The position numbers were made by a program, and so were the translations under genes. A DNA stretch of 61,767 bases from an uncultured beta proteobacterium (GTDB lineage: Bacteria; Pseudomonadota; Gammaproteobacteria; Burkholderiales; Burkholderiaceae_B), in the NCBI GenBank assembly GCA_903865015.1, contig CAIPID010000282.1, positions 1 to 61,767 of the forward strand, given 5' to 3'. How positions within the stretch are numbered: position 1 is the stretch's first letter; every line of letters begins with the position of its first letter. The notes under the pieces were generated by a model, which had not been told where the DNA came from, ran no database searches, and saw only the letters and a program-made list of their open reading frames with translations. Of this stretch, positions 39,787-49,068 are shown piece by piece.

Positions 39787-41163
39787 TTAAGCACCCCATG
39801 GAGTGATTGCTTCTTTGAGCATTTTGTAGCCGTCAAGGTAACGTGGGCGCGAATCGCCAGCGTAAATCTTGTCGAATTTTGCAAGTTGCGCATCGAGCCA
39901 GTCAGCCAGTTGTTTGTTGCCTGGGTTGGCGGCTTTGTAGGCCTCGTTGATCAGCACAAAGTGGATGCGTGGGTCGTAAGGCTGCTTTTCGCCGCCAACG
40001 GTCTCGTCGCCGTCAAGCAAACGCAACAACATGGCATCTGCCGAGCCTAGAGTTTGCTCATAAATCGGAGCGCCGTGCAGGCGATACATCACGCTGGTCA
40101 TGTCTTTACCATTGGTCATGGTAAAGCCCATTTTGGTCCAGAGCTTTTTCATGTCTTCTTTGACACCTGCGCCATCGAGCACAATCTGACCCCAGTCACG
40201 CAGAACGTCAGGTGCGTCAGCCATCAAGTCTGTCAGGCGATCGCCGTCCAGATCGGTTGCGTACACGATGCACTTACGGTGACGAATCATGTCATGTAAC
40301 AACAGACCGAAGTTTGTGTCGGAGATGTGTTCGTAGATGTCGCCTTTCCAGTTTTCCATGCCGGCTTTGAAGTCTGCTGGCAGGAGAGCTACGATTGCGT
40401 CAACGTTTGCACGCTGCTCTTCGTATGCATCAACGGTGTATTTACGCTTGAGCGTGAATTGTGTGCCTTGTAACAACCAGCGCATGATGCCTGCGTTGAT
40501 AGCGTCTTCTTGGGCCTGGGTAGGCTTGGTGGCAACGCGGCCGATCTGGCCGGTTTCGTTAACCATTTGCAGGAACAGACGTGCCGCATAAGCCATGCGC
40601 ACGCCAGGGGTGTTCATCTCGGAGTGGATGTTGCCCGTGGCTGGATCGACTGCGAATTTTTTCTTGTCTTGCGAATAAGGCAGGCCAGGCATAAAACGAA
40701 TGCTGGTGATGCCACCGTAAGGACGTACGTTGCAATACACGCCTGCTGCGGTGCGCAAGGGGGCGTTAGCGGATTTGCCATTCACAACAACTTTTTTGCC
40801 ACCGTCGTTGACCATGAAATCGCCAGCCGTCGACCATTTCAGTGCGGTGTAATCGAGCTTGCCAAACCACTCAAGTGATTTGAGCTTTGAGTCATGGCGA
40901 TACTGCGCCATCATCGGGACGCCGAGGAAAGGCAGACCCAGCACGTCGAGTGCCATCAGGGTGCCATTCAATGCAAACATGTCAGTAAACGCGTGTGCGA
41001 CGGGTTTGACGCCGCCTGCAGGATTACCGCCTTCCCAGATGATCGCGTCAGGGCAACCAGTAGGTTTAACGTCAGAGCGCTTGTAGGTACTGTCGAGCAG
41101 TTTGAAGAGATCGCCGTTTTGCTCTTCTTGGGCGATTTTCAGCAAATCTAGAGGTTGTGACAT
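39787..41163 (-). CDS. divergent isocitrate/isopropylmalate dehydrogenase family enzyme (probably isocitrate dehydrogenase-like)
   Basis: ALKWST, KSANAPLR, NVRP, IRF....PY, TKPT, ISD, DGDRLTD, MTSV, EQTLGSA occur in the order of IDH motifs. Confidence 0.7.
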   Translation of the reverse strand: MSQPLDLLKIAQEEQNGDLFKLLDSTYKRSDVKPTGCPDAIIWEGGNPAGGVKPVAHAFTDMFALNGTLMALDVLGLPFLGVPMMAQYRHDSKLKSLEWFGKLDYTALKWSTAGDFMVNDGGKKVVVNGKSANAPLRTAAGVYCNVRPYGGITSIRFMPGLPYSQDKKKFAVDPATGNIHSEMNTPGVRMAYAARLFLQMVNETGQIGRVATKPTQAQEDAINAGIMRWLLQGTQFTLKRKYTVDAYEEQRANVDAIVALLPADFKAGMENWKGDIYEHISDTNFGLLLHDMIRHRKCIVYATDLDGDRLTDLMADAPDVLRDWGQIVLDGAGVKEDMKKLWTKMGFTMTNGKDMTSVMYRLHGAPIYEQTLGSADAMLLRLLDGDETVGGEKQPYDPRIHFVLINEAYKAANPGNKQLADWLDAQLAKFDKIYAGDSRPRYLDGYKMLKEAITPWGA

Positions 41164-41312
41164 ATTTGGAAAGCCTCAGTTAGGGTGAACTTTGATTATA
41201 CCCAAGGGAAAGTACGGGCATCAGAAAGCTTCCTGTAGGGTCTACCCATCGCTATACTCGGTACATAAATGTATGAAAAATACATAAAAATATAAAACAA
41301 CAGGAGATAAAC

Positions 41313-42557
41313 ATGGCTAAAAAAATATTTAGTTCGCTGGTGTATGCCGCAGTGATCGGCATGGCGGGGGCCGCGAGCGCCGCGCCTGACGTCAAAATCG
41401 GTGCGACTTTCCCGCTATCAGGTAATTCGGGCAATGCTGGTAAATCGGCGATGGCCGCGATTGAGATTGCTGCCGAAATCATCAATAACCCGCACCCCGG
41501 ATTTGAAGCCTTGCCTCTTGGCGCGGGTAAAGGCCTGCCAAATCTTGGTGGCGCAAAGATTAAAGTCATCCCTGCTGATCATCAGGGCAACCCGAGTGAA
41601 GGCCAGAGTCAGACCTTGCGTTTAATTACCCAGGAAAAGGTCGCAGGTATTGTGGGAAGTTATCAATCAGCTGTTGCTGTGACCTCAACAGCTACCGCCG
41701 AACGCTATGGCGTGCCTTTTGTGGTGGGTGACTCCGTTGCAGCCAACATTACGACGCGCGGTTTTAAGTGGACGTTCCGTACCACCCCTGTCGCGAGTGA
41801 CTTTGCTAACCTTTACATGGTGTTCCTCAACGAACTCAAGAGTAAAGGTCAGGAGATCAATAATGTCGCGGTGGTCTTTGAAAATACCGACTATGGCGTG
41901 TCTGTAGCCGGTACGGTGCGTGATGCAGCGAAAGCCAAGGGCTTTAATGTTGTCGCCGATATTGCCTACAACGCCAATGGTGCAGATGTTTCAGCCCAAG
42001 TGTTGCAGTTGAAAGATAAAAAGCCCGACGCGGTCATTTTTATTTCCTATACGTCTGACGCCATTTTGTATATGAAGACTTTCAAAAGTCTGGACTACAT
42101 GCCCAAGATCGTCATTGGTGATAACTCAGGCTTTTCTGATCCCGCCTTTATTAAAGCGGTTCACGAGCTGGCTCAAGGTGCATTCAACCGTAGCGCCTGG
42201 AGTGTCGGACCAAAAGACAGCGTGAGCTGGCGCATTAATGAAATGTACAAAGCCAAGACTGGTCAGGACATGGACGACACTTCGGGTCGAGATATGCAGG
42301 CATTCTTTGTCCTGGCAGACGCGATCAATCGTGCAGGTTCTACTAAGCCCGATGCCGTTCAGGCCGCTTTGCAAAAAACGGACTTGAAAGCGAATCAACT
42401 CATGATGGGCTATCAGGGTGTGAAATTTGATGCGACGGGTCAGAACACGCTCGCTTCTGCCTACATGATTCAGTTGATTGGCGATCACTATATCCCCGTC
42501 TATCCTGAAAGTGCCGCTCAGGCTAAGCCTGTTGTGCCGTTCAAGGGCTGGAAATAA
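41313..42557 (+). CDS. branched-chain amino acid-type (LivK-like) ABC substrate-binding protein
   Basis: Signal peptide, KIGATFPLSG, GSYQS, ENTDYG. Confidence 0.92.
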   Translation: MAKKIFSSLVYAAVIGMAGAASAAPDVKIGATFPLSGNSGNAGKSAMAAIEIAAEIINNPHPGFEALPLGAGKGLPNLGGAKIKVIPADHQGNPSEGQSQTLRLITQEKVAGIVGSYQSAVAVTSTATAERYGVPFVVGDSVAANITTRGFKWTFRTTPVASDFANLYMVFLNELKSKGQEINNVAVVFENTDYGVSVAGTVRDAAKAKGFNVVADIAYNANGADVSAQVLQLKDKKPDAVIFISYTSDAILYMKTFKSLDYMPKIVIGDNSGFSDPAFIKAVHELAQGAFNRSAWSVGPKDSVSWRINEMYKAKTGQDMDDTSGRDMQAFFVLADAINRAGSTKPDAVQAALQKTDLKANQLMMGYQGVKFDATGQNTLASAYMIQLIGDHYIPVYPESAAQAKPVVPFKGWK

Positions 42558-42571
42558 GCCAGTGCGCTCAG

Positions 42572-42603
42572 CAGTTCAGACGTGAAAGATTGCGTCTGAA
42601 CTG
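42572..42603 (+). other. intercistronic stem-loop after the binding-protein gene
   Basis: CAGTTCAGACG-N10-CGTCTGAACTG perfect 11-bp stem. Confidence 0.65.
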
Positions 42604-42636
42604 TTATTCCATTCACTATACGGAAACTTTTTCGCG

Positions 42637-43494
42637 ATGGTTCTTCTACAAGTCATCGTTGCGGGCCTGTTGATTGGCGCCGTCTACGCATTGTTTTCTT
42701 CCGGACTCACGCTGGTGTGGGGCATGATGAACGTGATCAATTTCGCGCACGGCGAATTTGTCATGCTCGGCATGTATGTGAGCTTCTGGACGTTCACATT
42801 ACTGCATTTCGGTGTCGCAAGTTTTAGTGTGGCTGCGGCTGTGATGTTGTTTATCCTTGGCATTCTTGTTTATCTTTCTCTGATCAAACATGTGATGCGC
42901 GGACCGATGCTCGCACAGATTCTGTCGACCTTTGGGCTGTTGCTAGTGCTGCGTTACTCCGCATTCTGGGCCTTTGGTTCGACTTTTGTCAGCCTGCCTG
43001 AAGATATTCTCGGCCCCAGTTTGAATATTGGCGGCATTTTGCTCAGTGCGCCGAAAGTCGTGGCGGGAATCGCTGCGTTGGCGATCACGATCGGTATGCA
43101 TCTGCTTTTGACACGCACGATGCTCGGCAGTCAGATTCTGGCTGTTGCCGAAAACCGAAACGCTGCGATGTTGATGGGGATCAAGCCTGACCGAATGCAG
43201 GCAATTGCTTGGGGCTTGTCGGGCGCGAGTGCCGGCGTTGCTGGCGCTTTGATTGCAACGTTTTTTCCGATTTCAGCCACGGTTGGCGAGTCGCTAGGAC
43301 TGATCGCTTTTGTCGTGGTGACCTTTGGTGGTTTTGGTAGCGTGCCAGGTGCAATGCTGGCGGGACTGATTATCGGTCTGATCGAATCGTTGTCGGCGTT
43401 TTATTTCGGACCTGTCTATCAGGATGTTTTTGTGTATGCCTTATTTGTACTGGTGCTGTGGATTCGTCCTCGCGGCCTGATGGGGAAAGCCTGA
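42637..43494 (+). CDS. livH: LivH-like ABC permease
   Basis: GLTLVWG..INFAHG, FGGFGS, RPRGLMG. Confidence 0.88.
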   Translation: MVLLQVIVAGLLIGAVYALFSSGLTLVWGMMNVINFAHGEFVMLGMYVSFWTFTLLHFGVASFSVAAAVMLFILGILVYLSLIKHVMRGPMLAQILSTFGLLLVLRYSAFWAFGSTFVSLPEDILGPSLNIGGILLSAPKVVAGIAALAITIGMHLLLTRTMLGSQILAVAENRNAAMLMGIKPDRMQAIAWGLSGASAGVAGALIATFFPISATVGESLGLIAFVVVTFGGFGSVPGAMLAGLIIGLIESLSAFYFGPVYQDVFVYALFVLVLWIRPRGLMGKA

Positions 43495-44504
43495 TGAAAC
43501 GCACTGGATGGATTGCGCTCGCGCTGGTGTTGGTGTTGTTTCCGCTCAGCTTCGATGATCCTTATTACGAGCAGTTAGGATCGCTCGTGTTGCTCGCGGC
43601 GATTTCCGCCTCGGCATGGAATCTGATCGGCGGGTACGCAGGTCAGGTGTCGGTCGGTAACGCCATCTTTTTTGGAGCGGGGGCGTATATGCCTCTGCTG
43701 TTTTACAAGCTCTGGATGGTGAGTCCGCTGTTTGGGTTTCCCGCTGGTATCGCTGTCAGTATTGTGATTGCGGTGATTATTGGTATACCAACCTTCAGAC
43801 TAAGCGGTCATTATTTCAGTATGGCAACGATCGCGGTGGCCGAGTTGATACGGATTGTCGTGAGTAACTGGGATTTCCTGGGCGCTTCAATTGGATTGAC
43901 TGGACCGGCTGTTGCGCGTGACTGGTCGGATTTGATTTTCCGCAGCTCAACGCCTTACTACTATATGTTTCTGGCGGTACTGGTACTGCTCTTATTTATT
44001 ACCTATCGCATTGAACGCAGCAGGTTTGGCTATTATTTGCGTGCGATTCGCTCCGGTGAACGCGCGGCCCGTAGTCTGGGTGTACCCGTGAGTCGCTGTA
44101 AGCTTTATATCTTTATGCTGAGCGCGACATTCACTTCTTTAGCGGGATCTTTGTATGTGGCTAAATTCGGCTTCATTGATCCTGCAAGTGGATTTGGCAC
44201 ACTGATCTCAGTCAATATGGTAATTATCGCGGCGTTCGGTGGAGCAGGCAGACTGCTCGGACCATTGCTAGGTGCTGTCATTCTGATTCCTTTGCAGTCC
44301 GAAGCAAACTCTTACTTCGGCGGTGGTGGAACAGGCGTGACCTACATTATCTATGGCGCAATCATCATGTTGATTGCACGATATGAACCTGGTGGCCTGC
44401 TCGAAATGTGGGATCGCTTTCGTGAGCGCCGTGCTTCGCGACGCAACAAAGCTCTGGAGCGGGCGCAGGCTGAATCCAAAGTACAGAACTCTTCGGCAGG
44501 CTAA
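43494..44504 (+). CDS. livM: LivM-like ABC permease
   Basis: WNLIGGYAGQVSVG, RLSGHYF, FGGAG. Confidence 0.88.
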   Translation: MKRTGWIALALVLVLFPLSFDDPYYEQLGSLVLLAAISASAWNLIGGYAGQVSVGNAIFFGAGAYMPLLFYKLWMVSPLFGFPAGIAVSIVIAVIIGIPTFRLSGHYFSMATIAVAELIRIVVSNWDFLGASIGLTGPAVARDWSDLIFRSSTPYYYMFLAVLVLLLFITYRIERSRFGYYLRAIRSGERAARSLGVPVSRCKLYIFMLSATFTSLAGSLYVAKFGFIDPASGFGTLISVNMVIIAAFGGAGRLLGPLLGAVILIPLQSEANSYFGGGGTGVTYIIYGAIIMLIARYEPGGLLEMWDRFRERRASRRNKALERAQAESKVQNSSAG

Positions 44505-44506
44505 CC

Positions 44507-45244
44507 ATGTTGCTTAAAGCAGAAAATGTATCGATGCAGTTCGGTGGCTTTCGTGCCGTATCTGGTGCATCGCTTGAGATTAATCAAGGTGAGATCATTG
44601 GCTTGATCGGACCGAATGGCGCCGGTAAATCTACATTCTTTAATTGTCTGGTGGGCGATCTGCGTCCAACGGAAGGTCGCGTCTGGTTTGACGGTCATGA
44701 TGTGACGCAGGCCTCGCCTGAAGAGCACGCCAGGCTGGGAATAGGGCGCACCTTCCAGCTGCCTGCGACATTTGAGGATTTATCGATTCTTGATAACGTG
44801 ATGGTGGGCGCATTTTTGCGGCATCCGCGCGTCAGTGATGCGTTAGAGGCGACACATCGTGTGTTGGAGTTAACAGGTTTATCAGAGCTCGCACAGCACA
44901 AAGCAAAAACACTAGGAACACCTGGACGAAAACGTCTGGAGATTGCGCGTGTGCTGGCCACAGAGCCAAAGCTTATGTTGCTTGACGAAGCGCTCGCGGG
45001 CCTCACGCCAGTTGAAGTGCGTCGTGCGATAGAGCTTGTCAGAAAAATTCACCAGTCAGGTGTGACGCTTGTGATTGTTGAGCACATCATGGAAGTTATT
45101 CTGACGTTGACCGATCGCGTACTTGTTTTTAATCAGGGTAAAGTAATTGCGAGTGGTAAACCGACAGATGTCGTGAATGATCCTGCCGTGGTCGAGGCTT
45201 ATCTTGGCCGTTCTTTATCCCGTCAGAAAGGCCGTGCAGCATGA
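44507..45244 (+). CDS. livG: LivG-like ABC ATPase
   Basis: GPNGAGKST, LLDE, VEH, VVEAYLG. Confidence 0.9.
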   Translation: MLLKAENVSMQFGGFRAVSGASLEINQGEIIGLIGPNGAGKSTFFNCLVGDLRPTEGRVWFDGHDVTQASPEEHARLGIGRTFQLPATFEDLSILDNVMVGAFLRHPRVSDALEATHRVLELTGLSELAQHKAKTLGTPGRKRLEIARVLATEPKLMLLDEALAGLTPVEVRRAIELVRKIHQSGVTLVIVEHIMEVILTLTDRVLVFNQGKVIASGKPTDVVNDPAVVEAYLGRSLSRQKGRAA

Positions 45245-45978
45245 GTGCCATCTCCAGTCATTTGAAAGTCGAGCATCTAGAGGTCCGATATGGTGACTTG
45301 GTCGGTATCGCGGACGTTTCGATTGAAGTAAAAATGGGTTCAATTGTTGCCTTGCTAGGCTCCAACGGCGCAGGGAAAACAACGACCTTGAATGCGATCG
45401 CCGGACTCGTGCAATCCAGTCAAGGCTCGATTCAATGGCAAGGTGAACACATCGCCTCGCAACCTGCCTTTGCAATTGTGCGCAAAGGTATCGCTTTGGC
45501 TCCAGAGGGCTGGCATTTATTTACGCAACAAACCGTTGAGCAAAACCTCATGCTTGGTACGACCTCGTTGGCGGATAAAAAGCGTATTCCAGAGATGATG
45601 GAGCAGGTATTCAGTTATTTCCCACGTCTCAAAGAGCGTCGACGTCAGCGCGCAGGAACATTGTCGGGGGGAGAGAGGCAGATGCTTGCGGTGGGACGTG
45701 CGCTGATGAGTGCACCAAAGATTCTCCTGCTCGATGAGCCGAGTCTGGGACTTGCTCCCGCGATTGTCGAAACAATGTATGAAACGCTCAGCGAACTCCA
45801 TGCAGCCGGTTTGACGCTCTTGATCGCCGAGCAATCCGTGCAACTCGCCCTGGAAGTGGCGGATTACGCGTATGTTTTACAGACCGGTAAAACGGTACTG
45901 GAAGGCACAGCCCAAGCACTTTCCAACGATGAGCAAGTACGCCAGATCTATCTCGGCATTACGGATGCGACGCAATAA
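45241..45978 (+). CDS. livF: LivF-like ABC ATPase
   Basis: GSNGAGKTT, LSGGERQM, LDEPSLGLAP. Confidence 0.9.
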   Translation: MSAISSHLKVEHLEVRYGDLVGIADVSIEVKMGSIVALLGSNGAGKTTTLNAIAGLVQSSQGSIQWQGEHIASQPAFAIVRKGIALAPEGWHLFTQQTVEQNLMLGTTSLADKKRIPEMMEQVFSYFPRLKERRRQRAGTLSGGERQMLAVGRALMSAPKILLLDEPSLGLAPAIVETMYETLSELHAAGLTLLIAEQSVQLALEVADYAYVLQTGKTVLEGTAQALSNDEQVRQIYLGITDATQ

Positions 45979-45993
45979 TTTTGTGCTTTAAAT

Positions 45994-46794
45994 CTATTTG
46001 CCTTTCATCGCCGCCGCTGGAAATCGGTCCGCGAAAATGGTCCGCCATGAGGCTTGGGGTTGCAACAGAGCGTTGAGTGACGCCTCGTCAAAAAACTGAC
46101 CGGACTCCATCTGATTGAGCTGCCATGTCATACAGAAATTGGATGAGATCGCGGGGATCCCGAGATCGCTCAATGCCATGATCGGGCCGAGGGTTGGCAT
46201 GCCGGCGCCTGCGAGCAAAATGACATCAGGTTTGAGGGGTATCAGGCGCTTGGCCGCCTCGAGCACGGCAGGATTGCGCAGCGTATATATATTATGAAAA
46301 CCACCAACTTGCGTGGGAGACTCAATCCCGACGATTTCAACGCCCGCTCGTTTCCAGTAGGCAGCGCTCATATCGGTGAGCCATTGCGGGTAGGGGCTGA
46401 CTAGTCCGATACGTTTTACGCGCAGTGTTTCAAACGCTCGCCTGATCGATTGACCAGCCGATACGATGGAGTAACCGTATTTTTTACCAAGTTGCTCGAA
46501 ATAGGCATCCTCCTGATCCGGCGACCAGTGGTAGGTCGAGCCCGTAATCAGAAAGCCCAAGCCTGAAAGCGGCGCATTGGCGAAGGTACCGATAAATCCT
46601 TCGATGCCATCGAGAAAGTCTACGAGACGATCGCGTAGCTCAGGCTGAGGGCTTGTCAGGCGTCCTGTAAGGAGCGCGATATCTCGCCCGAGCATCGCCT
46701 GAACCTCAGGCTCGGCAGTTGTGTTGGCTTGTGGCACAAGCAAGCCCAGAGTTCCGCGCGCACCATATTCGACTTCATTATTCATAACGACCAT
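45994..46794 (-). CDS. Asp/Glu racemase superfamily protein (maleate isomerase/arylmalonate decarboxylase-like)
   Basis: LGLLVPQANTTAEPE, RIGLVSPY, ISSN; start 46794 or 46785. Confidence 0.8.
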   Translation of the reverse strand: MVVMNNEVEYGARGTLGLLVPQANTTAEPEVQAMLGRDIALLTGRLTSPQPELRDRLVDFLDGIEGFIGTFANAPLSGLGFLITGSTYHWSPDQEDAYFEQLGKKYGYSIVSAGQSIRRAFETLRVKRIGLVSPYPQWLTDMSAAYWKRAGVEIVGIESPTQVGGFHNIYTLRNPAVLEAAKRLIPLKPDVILLAGAGMPTLGPIMALSDLGIPAISSNFCMTWQLNQMESGQFFDEASLNALLQPQASWRTIFADRFPAAAMKGK

Positions 46795-46808
46795 GCTAGC
46801 ATTTTGAT

Positions 46809-47792
46809 ATGAAAAAAACTTTAAAAATAATACAAATTTTTTTATTGGCTTCAAGCCTTATTACGACTTCCCTGACCGCTTACGCGCAAGCGCAGACATG
46901 GCCTGATAAACCTATTCGACTGATTAACCCTTTTGCACCTGGTGGCTTCGGTGATACGGTTGCCCGCCCATTGTTGGATCGACTCGCGCAGAGTTTGGGG
47001 CAGTCAATTATTGTAGAAAGTCATGGTGGTGCGAATGGAACACTTGCGTCTAATGTTGTCGCGCGGTCGCCTGCCGATGGCTATACCTTGTTGCTGGCAA
47101 ATTTAGGTCCGATTGCAATCAGTCCAGCCCTGCAGCCTGCTACCACACTGGACCCATTGAAAAATTTTGCGGCCATCACGCAATTAGTTTCAGGGCCACT
47201 TATTCTGCTGGTGCATCCTGAAGTGCCTGCAAATAATTTAAAGGAGCTGCTTGAGCTTGCCCGCAAAGATCCGGGTAAGTTGTCGTATGGTTCAGTGGGG
47301 GCGGGGAGCACAACGCATTTGGCTGGTGAGTTGTTGAGTCAGCGTGCTGGTATTGAATGGTTGCATGTGCCATACAAAGGCGCAGCACCAGTGATTACGA
47401 ATTTATTGGGCAAGCAAATCGATGTCGGGATTGTCAATATTTCGCTTGCTAAAGCTTATGTGGATTCAGGCCGATTAAAGCCGATTGCCGTTACAACACT
47501 CAAGCGCTCAGCGGTGATGCCAGATGTTCCTGCCATAGCAGAGTTGATTCCGGATTTTGAGGTCAATCCCTGGTGGGGATTGATGGCGCCAATCGGAACG
47601 CCTCAGTCGGTGATTGAGCGTATTCAAAATGAAACGATACGGCTTATCCAGTTACCTGAGGTGGCCGAGCGTTTTCGTCAGTCTGGCCTTGAGCCAGAGG
47701 GTACAACCGCCGTGGCCTTTGATGCCCGTATTCGAAGTGATTTAAAGCAATGGCAAGATTTGGCTCGCACCAATAAAATCGTGATAGATTGA
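46809..47792 (+). CDS. Bug/TctC solute receptor
   Basis: PFAPGGFGD, GGANG, VPYKG. Confidence 0.92.
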   Translation: MKKTLKIIQIFLLASSLITTSLTAYAQAQTWPDKPIRLINPFAPGGFGDTVARPLLDRLAQSLGQSIIVESHGGANGTLASNVVARSPADGYTLLLANLGPIAISPALQPATTLDPLKNFAAITQLVSGPLILLVHPEVPANNLKELLELARKDPGKLSYGSVGAGSTTHLAGELLSQRAGIEWLHVPYKGAAPVITNLLGKQIDVGIVNISLAKAYVDSGRLKPIAVTTLKRSAVMPDVPAIAELIPDFEVNPWWGLMAPIGTPQSVIERIQNETIRLIQLPEVAERFRQSGLEPEGTTAVAFDARIRSDLKQWQDLARTNKIVID

Positions 47793-47815
47793 GCTAATGT
47801 GCGACGTTTGTGTGC

Positions 47816-49039
47816 ATGTCGTTCAGGGCTGGAGTCAACCGTATCAAAAATTTTATTTGCCTTGTCTTAATGCTCTCTGCGTTAGCCGCCCCTGTTAACA
47901 AAAGCTGGGCGCAGTCCTCTGTCACGGTCTATGGGATCCTTGATATGGGACTCTCATATCAGAGTGCTTCGGCCAACACAGCAAACACTTCCATCGCAGC
48001 CAGTAACTTTGGTCTGATTAGCGGCGGGCAAAGCACGAATTTGATTGGCTTCAAGGGTAAGGAGGATCTGGGCGATGGCAATCAGCTTGCTTTTGTTCTG
48101 GAGGCTGCCTACAACCTTGGTAATGGATCTTTAGGCGCGGATCAACGCCTGTTTAATCGCCAGGCCTGGATGGGTGTGCAAAATGCGGATGTAGGTTACG
48201 GACGCGTCGGGCGCCAGTACAATTTCGCGCATGACTACATTGCACCGCTGACGCCTTTTGCAGCCACCGATTTCACCCGCGCGGCAATGGGATCTTCTTT
48301 CGCCTCAGGTGGCACCGAGCGCCTGAGCAATACCCTCAAGCTTGAAACAGCCGCCAATCAGGGATTCAAGTTAGGGGCGGGGTATTCTTTTTCCGCACAA
48401 ATACCTTCTGCCTACAGACAGGATACACAACCCCCCTTTATTCAAGATGGAGATACCCGAAACTACAACTATGCGACGGACGATAACTTACGCGCTGTCA
48501 CGGCCGGGTTTCAATATAAAAATGGGCCGTGGTACGCGACAGGTACGCTCGATATATTTATGCCGAATGCAGCAACCGCTGAGGGCTCCTATAAAAACGT
48601 CAGCGCCTGGACACTCGGTGGTTATTATGATTTTGAGGTAATCAAGTTATCTGCTGCCTATGGCCAAGTCAGGAATGGCTGGATCAATGCGTTACAACCA
48701 TTGACCACCCAAACACGCAATATCTCTCTGAACGTCTTGAATAATTTTATTGTGTTTGATGAGAGTATTTCGGTGGATTCGTATTTGCTTGGTTTTAATA
48801 TTCCGGTGAAAGACGCGACAAATATTTTTGCTGCGTGGCGTTTGATCAAACCATCGACCAATATGCAGGAAACCTCACCGTTTAATATCGGTACGCAAAA
48901 CTCACTGAGCCTGGGGGCAACCTACAACATTACTCCGCGGACAAATCTCTACGCCTATACGTCTTTTACGAAAGATTACGCCATGATTGAAGGCTTGACG
49001 TCTTTTAATGTTGCCGTAGGCGTGCGGCATGCATTCTGA
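47816..49039 (+). CDS. Gram-negative trimeric porin
   Basis: AQSSVTVYGILD, GFKGKEDLG, LFNRQAW, GRQY, C-terminal GVRHAF. Confidence 0.92.
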   Translation: MSFRAGVNRIKNFICLVLMLSALAAPVNKSWAQSSVTVYGILDMGLSYQSASANTANTSIAASNFGLISGGQSTNLIGFKGKEDLGDGNQLAFVLEAAYNLGNGSLGADQRLFNRQAWMGVQNADVGYGRVGRQYNFAHDYIAPLTPFAATDFTRAAMGSSFASGGTERLSNTLKLETAANQGFKLGAGYSFSAQIPSAYRQDTQPPFIQDGDTRNYNYATDDNLRAVTAGFQYKNGPWYATGTLDIFMPNAATAEGSYKNVSAWTLGGYYDFEVIKLSAAYGQVRNGWINALQPLTTQTRNISLNVLNNFIVFDESISVDSYLLGFNIPVKDATNIFAAWRLIKPSTNMQETSPFNIGTQNSLSLGATYNITPRTNLYAYTSFTKDYAMIEGLTSFNVAVGVRHAF

Positions 49040-49068
49040 ATCTAATCCAGAATACATGCGGACAAACT

